The position numbers were made by a program, and so were the translations under genes. 64,000 bases of DNA from the NCBI RefSeq assembly GCF_963921235.1, contig NC_086097.1, positions 26,662,001 to 26,726,000 on the forward strand. The letters run 5' to 3'. Below, one piece after another: positions 63,616 through 64,000 of the stretch; position 1 is the stretch's first letter, and each line of letters begins with the position of its first letter. Under the pieces are notes generated by a model. That model had not been told where the DNA came from, did no database searches, and worked only from the letters and a program-made list of their open reading frames with translations. The stretch comes from Mobula hypostoma (lineage: Eukaryota).

Positions 63616-64000
63616 CGGTGGATTCTGGTTAACTGGGACACATCAGGACCAATACATTTTGACTCAATTAGGTAGCTGCCCCAATTAGCTGAAGTTTGAT
63701 GGAAATAATTAAAAAGGTATATAAAAAATGAACTACCATTTAAGTGAATGCCACTTACATATTTAAATGAAATAAAGAAGAAGTTAGAACACTACCAATG
63801 CTACTACAGTAAACTTTATATTAATCCCTAATGCTTATTGAAGGAGGAATTCATCCAGTCTATGCTGTCGTGTTCTTTCGATCGACTCTGAATGAACAAA
63901 ATCAGCGCAGACACCTATTGCAGATAATGGACAGCCTTCATACAATGACATTGACAACTGCATCCTCCAAACCTTCATTTTCATTGTAATATTCAAGATG
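63616..64000. mobile_element. Second copy of the Tigger/pogo MITE, running off the right edge
   Basis: TA+CGGTGGATTCTGGTTAACTGGGACACATCAGGACCA; colinear with 18651 onward. Confidence 0.75.

Noticed and set aside
1..64000. CRISPR arrays, operons, rRNA or prokaryotic defence systems
   Set aside because: No regularly spaced repeat-spacer array, no gene-dense coding structure and no rRNA-like sequence; the DNA is vertebrate intergenic.

Overview
This is eukaryotic vertebrate genomic DNA, not prokaryotic. The repeat repertoire (CR1-type LINEs, Rex1/Babar-type LINE fragments, Penelope elements, V-domain tRNA-SINEs, Tc1, Tigger/pogo, hAT, solo LTRs) suggests a cartilaginous fish; this is inference only. 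The window opens with a CpG-island promoter and a probable minus-strand first exon (donor at 43-48) of a gene running off the left edge. The remaining ~63 kb is intergenic, made mostly of nested transposable-element relics separated by short unique AT-rich islands that look like enhancers. No intact host protein-coding gene can be supported; most six-frame ORFs are TE fragments or noise. Highlights: (1) minimal type I hammerhead ribozyme motifs carried by Penelope-derived repeats, one with a complete core at 29640-29677; (2) a Tc1 fold-back element made of two 3' ends (30855-32221); (3) a hAT deletion derivative with TIRs and an 8-bp TSD inside a Tc1; (4) a multi-level TE nest with exact TSDs; (5) a young non-coding (AATCT)n-tailed retroelement and a tRNA/RTE-motif SINE; (6) a perfect 162-bp templated duplication, a 27-bp-stem hairpin, and a candidate small spliced minus-strand transcript. 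Family names come from motif recognition without database searches. Boundaries are approximate unless TIRs or TSDs are quoted.
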